Positions 63,641-64,000 of a stretch of DNA of 64,000 nucleotides are shown one piece after another. Source of the DNA: Lama guanicoe (Eukaryota); contig MU053304.1 of the NCBI GenBank assembly GCA_013239625.1, forward strand, positions 2,356,001-2,420,000, written 5' to 3'. The notes beneath the pieces are model-generated. The model searched no databases, had not been told where the DNA came from, and was given only the letters and a program-made list of their open reading frames with translations. Numbering within the stretch: position 1 is the first letter of the stretch; each line of letters starts with the position of its first letter. The position numbers and the translations under genes are program-made.

Positions 63641-64000
63641 AAAGGCCTAGTAAATGTAGTAATTGAGTTTAATATATTGCAAGAGTAAATTTTATTTTTT
63701 TTTGCCACCATTGTATATTTTGGAAAAATTACTTAATTTTTGCCCCCTCTAGTTTTCACATCCACATTGCGGGCTTAATTAGCAGCGTATGTAGCTCAGT
63801 GAGAGGTCAGTTAATTCTAGTCTTATTACTTGACCGCTGCTGTCTTAGTATGTAAGAATTATTCCAGCTGGGGAAGAAATATGCAGAAGTATGAATTATG
63901 CAGTGCAATAATCTCTGTTAAGAACCTTTACTTAAATAAAAACCCAGCTTTATTGAGATATGATTCACGCACCGTGTTATCCTATAACTCGCCCTTATAA

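Overview
AT-rich mammalian non-coding DNA, most likely from a camelid: it has two Vic-1-type tRNA-derived SINEs and artiodactyl-type L1 3' UTRs. Most of the window is decayed transposable elements: a 5'-truncated L1 (4930-7320), older L1/L2/MIR fragments, MaLR (MLT1) LTRs, two ERV1-type solo LTRs, two ancient ERVL provirus relics with recognisable gag/RT remnants, and Tigger2 and MER58 DNA elements. No protein-coding gene can be called with confidence; the supplied ORFs are TE remnants or chance frames, apart from a few candidate + strand exons in 41.7-60.7 kb. The most unusual structure is a ~430-bp inverted repeat pair (12548-12982 / 13723-14156) around a ~740-bp spacer. Its arms are about 89% identical on the outside but contain a perfect ~130-bp tract, which suggests ongoing gene conversion or a recurrent micro-inversion. 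I see no evidence of a novel multi-gene system. TE subfamily names come from recognising motifs by eye, not from a database search, and old-element boundaries are approximate.
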